NCBI GenBank assembly: GCA_963779615.1
Contig: CAVZZA010000001.1
Span: 384,001-448,000, forward strand
DNA from: an uncultured Nitrososphaeraceae archaeon
Lineage (GTDB): Archaea > Thermoproteota > Nitrososphaeria > Nitrososphaerales > Nitrososphaeraceae
Length of the DNA stretch: 64,000 bases
Reading direction: 5' to 3'
Position 1 is the stretch's first letter; every line of letters starts with the position of its first letter. Positions 1 through 9,915 of this stretch are shown piece by piece. A program made the translations under genes and the position numbers. The notes below the pieces were generated by a model that ran no database searches, was not told where the DNA came from, and saw only the letters and a list, made by a program, of their open reading frames with translations.

Positions 1-135
1 GGAATATTGTTGTACAGGTATAAAAAATTAAAAGAATCTCTACAAAGCTTTTACAAATACATAGAATTAAATCCGGAAGCAGAAGACATTGACAAGATTT
101 TAGATTTAATAAGGCAGATAAGAGATACAACATAA
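1..135 (+). CDS. 3' end of a TPR-like protein, possibly SirB1/transglutaminase-like family (partial)
   Basis: Frame 1 is open from the window edge: GILLYRYKKLKESLQSFYKYIELNPEAEDIDKILDLIRQIRDTT*, with a TPR-like 'Y-ELNP-A-D' helix. Confidence 0.5.
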   Translation, partial: GILLYRYKKLKESLQSFYKYIELNPEAEDIDKILDLIRQIRDTT

Positions 136-310
136 GGGAACAATAAACACAATTACACCATAAAAGCAATCCAAGTCAGGCAAACAATTCCCAACCATAC
201 ACACAATGTATTAAATCACCATCATCCAATCAACAAAGAGGCACGTTACAAACGCAAAAAGGCTGATGTAGTTACGAAAAATCAAATGTACAAAAAAATA
301 ACAGTATAAA

Positions 311-514
311 TCAAACATTCTTGTTTATCTTAAGGTATAATTCTTTAGCATTTTTTCTGGCTTCTTCAGTAATTTCTTCATTGAAAATAGTATTGCTTAA
401 AGAGTCCAAAACTATTTGCCATTCCCTTACACTCAACAGGATACTCTTTTTATCAGCACTGTCCATATCAAATTTTTTTATGGTCTGTAATAAAACTCTA
501 TTTACACAATCCAT
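311..514 (-). CDS. small hypothetical protein
   Basis: 67-aa ORF with a protein-like helical composition; true start may be internal (MDSADKK). Confidence 0.55.
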   Translation of the reverse strand: MDCVNRVLLQTIKKFDMDSADKKSILLSVREWQIVLDSLSNTIFNEEITEEARKNAKELYLKINKNV

Positions 515-581
515 CTATAAATAGTATCACAGTCACTTTTACTAGCAAAAAGTAATTGAGAGAAAATCCTGTATTGCAGTG

Positions 582-1121
582 TCATGTTTTTTTTGAAATG
601 ATAAAGAAGCCATGAGAAGAAATAATTAACGCTGCCAGGGACATTTTTGTAGCAAAAACCAAATTCCACGGGGTATGAGGGTTTGGGTAAGGCATGTACA
701 GGTCATCCAATTTTAACTCCCCTTGAATCAGATCCGCGGTAATTAATGCATTCCAAATAATAAAATTGTAGAAGAATTCATATATTGCAATTATAAGTAT
801 AACCAGAACAACCAACTGAAGCATGGTTTTTATGCTCTTTGGGACATTTTTTACCTTATCCCCTCCAAGTTTAGTAACACAATACCAGCCCACAACAGAT
901 GTAATCATCAGATACGTTACTAGTTTAGCAAGCCCCTTAACAGGAACTTCTGTATTGACCAAAACCTCACCAATTATTACATTCCCAGTATCCAAATACT
1001 CATTTAAACTCACGTAAATGGAATAAAATGTAATCACAGCCATTATTGTTGCGCAAATATAAAAAACAACAAGGTAAAATTGCCTAGAAAGCAGTTCATC
1101 TCTTTCGACGGTCAAAGTCAT
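582..1121 (-). CDS. hypothetical membrane protein (about 4 TM helices)
   Basis: ORF 582..1145 has four hydrophobic segments; ATG at 1121 preferred. Confidence 0.75.
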   Translation of the reverse strand: MTLTVERDELLSRQFYLVVFYICATIMAVITFYSIYVSLNEYLDTGNVIIGEVLVNTEVPVKGLAKLVTYLMITSVVGWYCVTKLGGDKVKNVPKSIKTMLQLVVLVILIIAIYEFFYNFIIWNALITADLIQGELKLDDLYMPYPNPHTPWNLVFATKMSLAALIISSHGFFIISKKT

Positions 1122-1153
1122 TACATAAATCCGTTCAAAGATCACATATATAA

Positions 1154-2230
1154 TAGATCTCTTGCATAATTGACCCTAAACAAATTTATGGTCATCATTA
1201 GATCTCTTGCATAATTACTCGCAAACAGCTTTATGACCATTAGTTCTCCATTATCCTGTTCTCTCTTTGCTTTCATACGAGAGATTATCCAAAAAACCAT
1301 TACTTTTCAAGTCATTCACCGGTCTCACAGTAGAAGAGTTTGATAATATCTACAGCAAGATAGAAAGAAAATATGAAAATCACGAGGTACAGCGCTTATC
1401 CAAAATAAAAGGTCGAAAAAGATACATTGGTGCCGGAAGATCTTTTAAACTTTACCTAGAGAATAGGTTTCTGATGCTTTTGGTCTACTACCGTCTTTGC
1501 ATAACCCACACTTTGGCCGGCTTTCTCTTTGATCTTGATCAGAGCAACATTTGCAGAGACATTCAAAAGATTGAAAGTCGCTGGGAAGGGAGTGTGCACC
1601 AACACCTCAGAAAGATGTGCAAGGTAACAAAAAGGCTGCGTACACCCCAAGAGGCTGAAAGGCATTTCCCGGGCTTTATAGCCTTCACAGACTGCACAGA
1701 ACAGCAGATACCAAGGCCTGAAAACAGGAGGAGAAGGAAGACATACTATTCTGGCAAGAGGAAAATGCATACCGTTAAGACACAGATTATGGTCAACGAC
1801 CAGGGCATAATCATTCACAAAGCAAGCCACAAGAAAGGAAGAAGGCATGGCTATGACATTCATGAGTCACTGTAACCCCCAAACAATTTGCCAGCGTGTT
1901 TGACCTTGGACACCTTGGAGGGGGAGAGGCTTTCCAGAGCAAATATCATCCCCGCCAAACAAAAAGAAACGAAACACAGGATTGCCTCAAGAGGAAAAAG
2001 ACTACAACAAAAGCCATTCTAAAAGAAGGATAGCAATAGGGCATGCTATCTGCAAGATAAAGAATTGCAGGATTCTTGCAGACATATTTAGAAGCAGACT
2101 AATAAAATACAACAGGCATCAGACATCGTGTCAGGCCTAGTAAACTATAGAACAATGGATCATCGTATCTAGAAACCTACACTACACCACACTAGACGGA
2201 CAGTTTGTTTCTAATAATGCAATAGATCTA
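1154..2230 (+). mobile_element. IS5-superfamily (ISL2/IS1381-like) insertion sequence, degenerate
   Basis: Left TIR TAGATCTCTTGCATAATT at 1154 and again at 1199; right TIR AATAATGCAATAGATCTA at 2213-2230; encloses a transposase. Confidence 0.8.
1267..2172 (+). pseudogene. DDE transposase (HTH_Tnp_4 + DDE_Tnp_4 type), frameshifted
   Basis: Motifs FKSFTGLTVEEF, LAGFLFDLDQSNICR, DCTEQQIPRP, YYSGKRKMHTVKTQ; ORF stops at 1875 while transposase-like sequence (FDLGHLG, YNKSHSKRRI) continues in other frames. Confidence 0.85.
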
Positions 2231-2295
2231 ATATTGTGTTTTAAAAGATTAGACATATCAATCTTGTCAAAAACAATAATGATTTCTTAAAAAAA

Positions 2296-3417
2296 TCACA
2301 AGCAAGTTCCAAATACCTTTAAAATTTTATGCAGATCGTTTTCGGTTACCAAAGGGTGAACAGGCAATGACAAAGCATGATGGCAAGCCCAGTCAGTATT
2401 TGGTAATGTGCCATCATTGGAAAAAGACTGGAGATTTTTGTAGTATGGTGTTTTATGTACAGGGGGATCATAATATACCGTAGCGCCAATCCCCTCGTTA
2501 ATAAGACGATCCTTAACGATTTCCCTCTGGTTTTCGTTATTAAAACCAACGGTAAACAAATACCAATTAAATTTTTTATCCATGGTTTCCGTTGGCAAAT
2601 TAACAACAGACTTTACTTGTTCAAGTTTTTTTAATCCATCGAACAAAACTTCTGCGTTATTTCTTCTCATCTGTAGCATTTTATCTAATTTTCCCATCTG
2701 GATTTTTCCAATACCGGCGCTCAATTCAGGCAATCTCAAATTTAGACCGAATAACGCAGTGTCATATCCGTGAACCATGCCATGATTTCGGATCATTTTT
2801 AATTTTTCTGCCAAATTATCATTATTGGTAACAATGGCCCCTCCTTCCCCTGTTGTAATCACCTTGCTTGCATAAAAACTAAAACAGCCAATGTCACCAA
2901 AGGCTCCCGTTTGTTTTTGGAAATAGGTAGATCCCAAAGACTGACAGGCATCTTCTATCACACATAAGGAATGTTCTCTCGCAACAGAATTAATTTCACT
3001 CATATTTGAAGGGTGACCATAAAGGTGAACCGGAATGATGGCTTTAGTGCGGTCATTAATCCTCTTTTCCACATCAGCAACATCAACAGTGTAATCCTGT
3101 CCATTAATATCAGCAAAAACCGGTTTGGCACCAGCAGCAATCACAGAATTTGCAGTGGCAACAAAAGTAAAAGAGGGCAGAATAACCTCGTCTCCTTGTT
3201 TTATATCAATAGACAACAAAGACGCATGCAGGGCAGAGGTTCCAGAATTAACAGCAACTACATGCCTTACATCAAGGTACGATTGCAAAACATTTTCAAA
3301 CTCCTGGACTCTTTTCCCCCCAACATTAGCAGGAGAAGTTAACGCATTTTCTGCAAGTATATCCAACACCTCTTGTTTTTCTTCATCACCTAGCCAAGGT
3401 TTGTTTATAGGGATCAT
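2296..3417 (-). CDS. DegT/DnrJ/EryC1/StrS family PLP-dependent aminotransferase
   Basis: NSGTSALH, PVHLYG, IEDACQS, SFYASKVITTGEGG motifs. Confidence 0.95.
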   Translation of the reverse strand: MIPINKPWLGDEEKQEVLDILAENALTSPANVGGKRVQEFENVLQSYLDVRHVVAVNSGTSALHASLLSIDIKQGDEVILPSFTFVATANSVIAAGAKPVFADINGQDYTVDVADVEKRINDRTKAIIPVHLYGHPSNMSEINSVAREHSLCVIEDACQSLGSTYFQKQTGAFGDIGCFSFYASKVITTGEGGAIVTNNDNLAEKLKMIRNHGMVHGYDTALFGLNLRLPELSAGIGKIQMGKLDKMLQMRRNNAEVLFDGLKKLEQVKSVVNLPTETMDKKFNWYLFTVGFNNENQREIVKDRLINEGIGATVYYDPPVHKTPYYKNLQSFSNDGTLPNTDWACHHALSLPVHPLVTENDLHKILKVFGTCL

Positions 3418-3901
3418 TTCTCTGATAACAAAGAAATAACAACTATAAAAATTAGTAAAATGACTATAGACTGGGCGGCGGCCCGGTTTGAGAGTAAACC
3501 TAACTTTTTACTTTATTTTCAACATGCCCTCTAAAACACAAAACATAACTATTTATGCAATACCCCCTCCCTCCCCCTTTTTAAGATATTATAAACAAAT
3601 CAGGTCGCTGTATTTGAGGCCGATATTTCGAGTTTGCAGGGTATGCTTATCTACCACATAGTTTTTCTTGGTTCTTTCATTCCCCAATCTTTAGGAACAT
3701 CCAGTTTTTGTATTTTATATTTTACCACCCACCAGCATCACCGACTTAGGCTATTTTTATGCATGGATGGAAAAATGAGTTCCATAACACACATTCAGTT
3801 AATTATTTTACATGTTTTCGCTGCAGGTCGATTACCCCCTGGAGGGCTTCCATTGAGTGAGTGTGAAAATATAATAGAGGGAAACCCCAAGTAAATTTGG
3901 T

Positions 3902-4040
3902 GCAGATGTGGCAGAGTGGTCATCCTAAGTCAAAGAACTAGGACCACAATATTGCGTCGGCCTTGAGTCAACATCAAGGTTGGTTAAAAGTAAGCCGATT
4001 CGCCGTATGGCGAGCAGGAGTTCAAATCTCCTCATCTGCG
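3902..4040 (+). tRNA. tRNA-Ser(TGA) with a D-loop intron and an anticodon-loop intron
   Basis: Acceptor stem GCAGATG/CATCTGC plus G discriminator; anticodon stem TCGGC/GCCGA with CT-TGA; long variable arm TCGCC-GTAT-GGCGA; T arm AGGAG-TTCAAAT-CTCCT; two insertions. Confidence 0.9.
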
Positions 4041-5132
4041 CTAATATTGTTTGTCTTTAAACTTATTTTCTACATTCTTTGAATGCAACTCTGTAATCTG
4101 TCTTTCTAATTTCTCAAGAACAAATTTAAAGGCTTTTAACGGATCATAATCATCAGAATGCGCATGAATGACTTGGTCTTTTGTAATTAGCCTGGTCCTA
4201 ATTGAGCATAACGTTTTATGCTTCTCAAAATAGATTACAACAGACTGTATATTGTCCAGTTTCCCTTCTATTTTTTTAATGAATCTCCCCATTTTATGGG
4301 ATATTTCGCTACGGATATTCTCGTCATCAAAATTGGCAGTATAGACTATAGAATCGGTTTTTTTTGAAATGGATATCTCCAATATGTCTTTTGAGGTAAT
4401 GATACCCACAGGTTTATTATTGGAAACTATTATCAATTCGTCATTATTTTTAAAACTATTAAGTATATTTTTAACATCAGAGCCGGTTTCAATGGTTACG
4501 GCATCCCTTACTATATCCTTTATAAGAACAGATCCCGATTTTGGTTTCCCTTTGAATCCAGGGTTTTGTGAATCTTTTTCATTTGGAATTGACAGGATTT
4601 TCAGAATGTCAAGTAAAGAGACAACGCCAACAATACCTGAATGACTGTTATTTGCAACAGGCAACCTAGAAACATTGTTTTTTCTCATCAAATTTAGCGC
4701 ATTGTCCAAATCTGAATTCTCATCTATAACCACAGGGCTGGACATTATATCATTGACTTTTAGGTTCCCCAGATCCACGTTCAATACGAGGTCCTTATCA
4801 ATAACAAGGCCTACAAATTCTTCCTTATCCACAACAGGAAGGCCGGTTTTTCCAGTGTTGATCATGTAATTAATACAAGTTTGCAAATCATCACTGGGTT
4901 TTAAAATGTGAGCGTCATTAGATATAAAATGTTTGATTTTTGATGAAGGTTGAAAATGGGCATTAATAAAATCCTTATAGTAAATTATTCCACGGTATTT
5001 GTTATTTAAATCAACAACTGGAATTTGTTTGATGGAATGGATATACATCAAATTAATAGCCTTTGAAACAAAATCGTCTAATGAAAGAGTAGGAACTTCT
5101 TTTCGCATTAAATTCACCATACTAATCATCAT
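4041..5132 (-). CDS. CBS-domain protein (two CBS pairs) with a C-terminal HPF/RaiA-like domain; putative archaeal ribosome hibernation factor
   Basis: CBS motifs (QIPVVD, GLPVVD, SRLPVAN, GIITSKD); C-terminal AHSDDYDPLKAFKFVLEKLERQI; start moved to ATG 5132 because the longer ORF overlaps the divergent gene. Confidence 0.8.
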   Translation of the reverse strand: MMISMVNLMRKEVPTLSLDDFVSKAINLMYIHSIKQIPVVDLNNKYRGIIYYKDFINAHFQPSSKIKHFISNDAHILKPSDDLQTCINYMINTGKTGLPVVDKEEFVGLVIDKDLVLNVDLGNLKVNDIMSSPVVIDENSDLDNALNLMRKNNVSRLPVANNSHSGIVGVVSLLDILKILSIPNEKDSQNPGFKGKPKSGSVLIKDIVRDAVTIETGSDVKNILNSFKNNDELIIVSNNKPVGIITSKDILEISISKKTDSIVYTANFDDENIRSEISHKMGRFIKKIEGKLDNIQSVVIYFEKHKTLCSIRTRLITKDQVIHAHSDDYDPLKAFKFVLEKLERQITELHSKNVENKFKDKQY

Positions 5133-5181
5133 AAGTAGTGTTTTGTAATAACTTAAAACCCTTTTGTAACCCCTTAACATT

Positions 5182-6286
5182 ATGAAAAAATCCACCGCAG
5201 TGATAATTGGAATTTTAATAATAGCGATAAGCATAATAACAATAAAAAATTCGCCTTCAGACACCACAATACTATTGCCAACTCCACCAAATGAAAAAAA
5301 AGACTCACCAATAAAGGTGATATCAGACAGCCTTGACTTTCCCACAGGCGCAGGCATTTTGCCTGATGGTAAGTTATTGGTAACAGAACAAAAAGGAAAC
5401 ATATTGCTTCTTGACAACAATGGAACTATACTCAACAAATACAGACTAAATGACAATTATTTTAACGAGGGCGCCGGGCTGCTAGGCCTAGCTTTGCATC
5501 CCAAATTTGATGTGAACAGCTATTTTTATATTTATTATTCGTACAAAAAACGACACAAAAGTATTCAACAAAATAGTGAGACTACAGGAAAAAAACAGCA
5601 CAATAACTGAAAACAAAACAATAATGGACAAGATTCCGGCTTTTCAGCTGCACAACGGAGGAGTATTAAAGTTTGGCCCAGACGGAAAACTGTATGCATC
5701 AGTTGGAGACAACACAATACCCGAATCATCCCAGGATCTCTCAAGCCTGAGGGGAAAAATTCTTAGGATTAACGATGACGGGACAATTCCTCAGGACAAT
5801 CCCTTCAAAAACTCCACGGTTTACTCATATGGACACAGAAATGTTGTTGGCCTGGCATGGGATTTTGATAACAGGGTACTATACGCAAGTGAGGCTGGAA
5901 GGATAGGAAACGACGAGATCAACATTATCAAACCCGGGCAAAATTACGGATGGCCTATTGAAGAATGCGGGAACCTGGAAAGATCCCAATTTGTTAAACC
6001 AGAGTTTTGCTTCACCCCTTCAATCTATCCGGCAGGAATGACAATAAGCCACTCCAAAAAGCTTGGTTATGAGGGCAAACTAATAGTCGCCACGTTAAAA
6101 GGTGAGCATTTAAGGGCAATTGACCTTTATTCAAAGGATCAAGCAACAATATTAACAGGATATGGAAAGTTAAAAGATGTGATAGAGGACAAAGATGGAT
6201 CACTGTACATAACAACCGGCAACAAAGAGTTCTTTCAGGGTTCAGGATCGGACAAGATTCTTAAAATAAACAAAAATGACTACTAA
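5182..6286 (+). pseudogene. PQQ-dependent glucose/sorbosone dehydrogenase family protein, split by one frameshift
   Basis: GLLGLALHPKF, HNGGVLKFGPDGKLY, YSYGHRN, NYGWP; one extra A in the A6 run at 5545-5550 splits the gene (could be a sequencing error). Confidence 0.85.
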
Positions 6287-7595
6287 TCCAATAGGAAAAA
6301 AATTCAGGAACATGAACCAGAAAGAGAGACTTGAACTCATCAAAAACAAAACAAAGCTGGATGACAAGGAAATTGCATTGTTCAACAATACATCAATTTT
6401 TAACTTTGATGAGATTAACAATATGGTAGAAAATGCGATTGGGGTTTTTCAGATACCCTTAGGGATAGCAAACAATTTTGTTATTAACGGTAAGGAATAT
6501 TTAATACCAATGGCAATTGAAGAGCCCTCTGTCATAGCGGCATCAAGCAATGCCGCAAAAATAGCCAAGAATGCAGGGGGTTTTAAAGCTAATGCAGACA
6601 AATCAATAATGATAGGCCAGATCCAACTGGTTTCCTTTGACAGCAGCAACAGCAACAACAAAATAGACAAAATAATAAAAACAATCGAGGAAAACAAACC
6701 CAAATTAATAAAGCTAGCAAACACTAAAAGCAAATTTGCCAGATGCATAGACATTCAGGTGAAGCAGGTTAATGATGAAAGCATCAACAACCTTGGACCA
6801 ATGATAATAATAGAAATTTATGTAGACACAAAGGATGCAATGGGGGCAAATATTGTAAACACCATGTGTGAAGTCACTGCCCCAGAAATAGAGGCATTAA
6901 CTGGCGGTCAGGTAATATTAAAAATATTATCAAACTACTCAACAAATCGTTTGGTAAGATGTAAAGGAATTTTCCCAAAAGAATCAATTGGTGGGGACAG
7001 AGTCTTAAAAAGGATTCTGTTTTCGTATGCTTTCGCTTATTCAGACACTTACAGGGCAGTAACCCACAACAAGGGGATTATGAACGGAATTGACAGCGTA
7101 GCAATAGCTACAGGGCAAGATTTCAGGGCAATCGAGGCCGGATGTCATGCGTACGCTTGCAGGGACGGCCAATACAGATCGTTAACCAAATGGTATAAAA
7201 ACCCAAATGGGGATTTGGTGGGTGAAATAGAAATACCTCTCGCAGTAGGAATAGTTGGTGGAATTACAAATACACATCCACTAGTAAAGGCATGCATAAA
7301 AATACTTGACATTTCAAGCTCACAAGAGCTAGCAATGATAATAGCTGCGGCAGGGCTGGCACAGAATTTTTCAGCAATTAGAGCACTATCTGACGAAGGG
7401 ATTCAAAAAGGGCACATGAAACTCCACTCAAAAAACATTGTAAAAATAGCAGCAGGAGAAGGAGCATCAAATGAACAGGTAGAGGAGGTTTCCAAGCAGA
7501 TGATCAAGGAGGGAAGGATATCGGTGTCAAGGGCCAAAGAAATTATGGAGAGCATCAATAAAACAAATAAACAACACGACAAGTACCATATTTGA
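6276..7595 (+). CDS. mvaA: HMG-CoA reductase, class II
   Basis: ENAIG, EEPSVIAA, DAMGAN, THNKGIMNG, GQDFRAIEAG, GIQKGHMKLH. Confidence 0.93.
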   Translation: MTTNPIGKKFRNMNQKERLELIKNKTKLDDKEIALFNNTSIFNFDEINNMVENAIGVFQIPLGIANNFVINGKEYLIPMAIEEPSVIAASSNAAKIAKNAGGFKANADKSIMIGQIQLVSFDSSNSNNKIDKIIKTIEENKPKLIKLANTKSKFARCIDIQVKQVNDESINNLGPMIIIEIYVDTKDAMGANIVNTMCEVTAPEIEALTGGQVILKILSNYSTNRLVRCKGIFPKESIGGDRVLKRILFSYAFAYSDTYRAVTHNKGIMNGIDSVAIATGQDFRAIEAGCHAYACRDGQYRSLTKWYKNPNGDLVGEIEIPLAVGIVGGITNTHPLVKACIKILDISSSQELAMIIAAAGLAQNFSAIRALSDEGIQKGHMKLHSKNIVKIAAGEGASNEQVEEVSKQMIKEGRISVSRAKEIMESINKTNKQHDKYHI

Positions 7596-7609
7596 CATAG
7601 GTAACAAAT

Positions 7610-8596
7610 ATGGGTATTGTAAAGTTTGTAGTGCCCAAAGGCAGCATAGAGGAGGCGACATTTAAAATCATAGAACAAGCTTGGCAGGGAAGTATTAGTG
7701 GAAGGGGCAGGGTATATAGAGTTAAAATATCTGACCCGGATATAGAAGTTAAAATTTTAAGGCCACAGGAAATACCCACCTATGTTCAAGAAAAGTTTTA
7801 TGATGTTGGAATAACAGGCAGGGACTGGATAAAAGAAACAGATGCCGACATCAAAATATTACTGGATTTAGAGTATGGCAAAGTCAAGCAGGTTATAGCA
7901 ATCCCAGAGTCTTTTGAATTCAACAACCTTGACGAAATGATTGCACATTTTGCAGAGAGCGGCAAGATATTGCGATTCTCAACAGAATATCTCAAGTCTG
8001 CCTCCAAATACATCAAATCAAAGCAGAGCTATAAAAAACATTATGGAGATTTGGAGCCCACAATTATTACCCCATGGTTCAGAATGGGAAACAACAAAAA
8101 TGTAGAGATATTTTTATCGTTTGGGGCTACAGAGGCCAAACCCCCAGAAGATGTAGAGGCCATATTTGACATCACAGAAACTGGTACCACACTGATTCAA
8201 AACAACTTAAAGATCATAGACCAGGTAATGGAATCTACTGCGGTGTTTATTGCAAATAAAGACTCACTAAAGGATCCCGTAAAAAGGGAGAAAATATCAG
8301 ACATGATTGTGCTATTAAGAGGGGCGGTGGAGGCAAGAAAGAAATTGCACATATTTGTAAATGTGAATAAAGAAAACCTAGATGAGCTATTAAATATCCT
8401 TCCATCTTTAAAAGGCCCGACAGTTAGCAACCTAAGCAAAGAGGGCTGGTATGGCGTTAACACAATAATAAACAAACAAGACTACATCAGACTTATCCCA
8501 AACATTAGGAAAATCGCACAGGGTTTGGTCACACTAGAACCCAGTCAAATTTTATCGTTAGACAACATCATTATGGATGACGATGATAAAGATTGA
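7610..8596 (+). CDS. hisG: ATP phosphoribosyltransferase (long form)
   Basis: PKGS, RPQEIP, DVGITGRDW, GATEA, DITETGTTL, C-terminal regulatory domain (GPTVS). Confidence 0.96.
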   Translation: MGIVKFVVPKGSIEEATFKIIEQAWQGSISGRGRVYRVKISDPDIEVKILRPQEIPTYVQEKFYDVGITGRDWIKETDADIKILLDLEYGKVKQVIAIPESFEFNNLDEMIAHFAESGKILRFSTEYLKSASKYIKSKQSYKKHYGDLEPTIITPWFRMGNNKNVEIFLSFGATEAKPPEDVEAIFDITETGTTLIQNNLKIIDQVMESTAVFIANKDSLKDPVKREKISDMIVLLRGAVEARKKLHIFVNVNKENLDELLNILPSLKGPTVSNLSKEGWYGVNTIINKQDYIRLIPNIRKIAQGLVTLEPSQILSLDNIIMDDDDKD

Positions 8597-9915
8597 TTGA
8601 CATCATTGATGTTAAGGAACCAACAAACGACGCCAACAAATTAAGGGAAAGAGCATGGAACAAGGATTTAGCAAATCCTACAAAAAACGCAATATCAATT
8701 ATCGATGAGATTAAAAAAGAAGGGGATGTGGCACTATTAAGATTTATTGAAAAATTTGATAACGTAAAAATAGATTCTTTTGCAGTTACAGAAAATGAGG
8801 TAAAAGAAGCCTACCTGAGCGTGACTTCAAGCCAGATAGACACCATAAAGTTTATGAAATCAAAGCTGGAGAAAAGCGAGCAGCACATAATGAACAACCT
8901 TAAAAACATGGAAACAGATTCTGGTGGAGACCATGATGGAGACCATGATGGAGATGTAAGGATAAACAAGAAAGTAACACCAATTTCAAGGGTAGGCTGC
9001 TATATTCCCGGCGGAAAAGCCAGGTATCCAAGCACGGTTGTAATGTGCGCGATACCAGCAAAGGTGGCCGGGGTTAAACAAATAGTAGCCATATCACCAC
9101 CCATGAAAAATGGAAAGATCGATCCGTTTACCCTGGTTGCTGCAGACATATGCGGGGTTGATGAGTTTTACAAGGTTGGCGGGGCCCATGGAATTGCGGC
9201 ATTGGCATACGGTACAAAAACCATCAAGAGGGTGGATAAAATTGTAGGTCCCGGAGGAGTATATGTTTCAGTAGCTAAATCAATAGTGTCAAAAGACACA
9301 GCAATTGACATGATAGCTGGACCAACGGAACTATTGATTTATGCAAATGAAAAAACCGATCCACAAATAATTGCACTGGATTTGATCTCCCAAGCAGAGC
9401 ACAGCGAGGATACCATATGCGGTGTGGTAACAAATTCAAATGCAATTGCAAAAAGAATAATTGAAGAAGTAGACAAAACCATCAGTTTTGGAAACATCTG
9501 CAGAAAAGAAATAGTAGAAAAGAGTTTAAACCAAAACGGCTTTATCGCCATATGCGACAACAATAAAAAGATAGTAGAGTTCATCAATGAATTTGCCCCC
9601 GAACACCTTGAAATACTAGCAAATAATGAAAGCGAAATTGTAAAAGAAATAAGCAATGCAGGTTTAATACTAATGGGGAATTACACCCCCTCATCTGTCA
9701 GCGATTATTGCCTGGGCTCAAACCACGTGCTGCCAACATACAAGTTTGCAAAGTCCCGATCATCTTTGTCTGTTTTGGACTTTGTCAAAATAGTTAACTT
9801 TGTGGAGATAGGCAATAGGCTAACGCTTGAAAAAATTACCCCAATGCTAAGAGAAATAACATTGATGGAAGGGCTATCCAACCACTATGAGGCGGCTATT
9901 GGAAGGATAAAATAA
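8593..9915 (+). CDS. hisD: histidinol dehydrogenase
   Basis: GCYIPGG, KIVGPGG, DMIAGPTE, QAEH, APEHL, GSNHVLPT. Confidence 0.96.
   Translation: MIDIIDVKEPTNDANKLRERAWNKDLANPTKNAISIIDEIKKEGDVALLRFIEKFDNVKIDSFAVTENEVKEAYLSVTSSQIDTIKFMKSKLEKSEQHIMNNLKNMETDSGGDHDGDHDGDVRINKKVTPISRVGCYIPGGKARYPSTVVMCAIPAKVAGVKQIVAISPPMKNGKIDPFTLVAADICGVDEFYKVGGAHGIAALAYGTKTIKRVDKIVGPGGVYVSVAKSIVSKDTAIDMIAGPTELLIYANEKTDPQIIALDLISQAEHSEDTICGVVTNSNAIAKRIIEEVDKTISFGNICRKEIVEKSLNQNGFIAICDNNKKIVEFINEFAPEHLEILANNESEIVKEISNAGLILMGNYTPSSVSDYCLGSNHVLPTYKFAKSRSSLSVLDFVKIVNFVEIGNRLTLEKITPMLREITLMEGLSNHYEAAIGRIK

Noticed and set aside
3634-3894. 86-aa ORF upstream of tRNA-Ser(TGA)
   Set aside because: TTG start, atypical composition, and overlap with the tRNA promoter region.
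5133-5456. N-terminal extension of the CBS ORF
   Set aside because: It is the antisense shadow of the divergent PQQ dehydrogenase gene.
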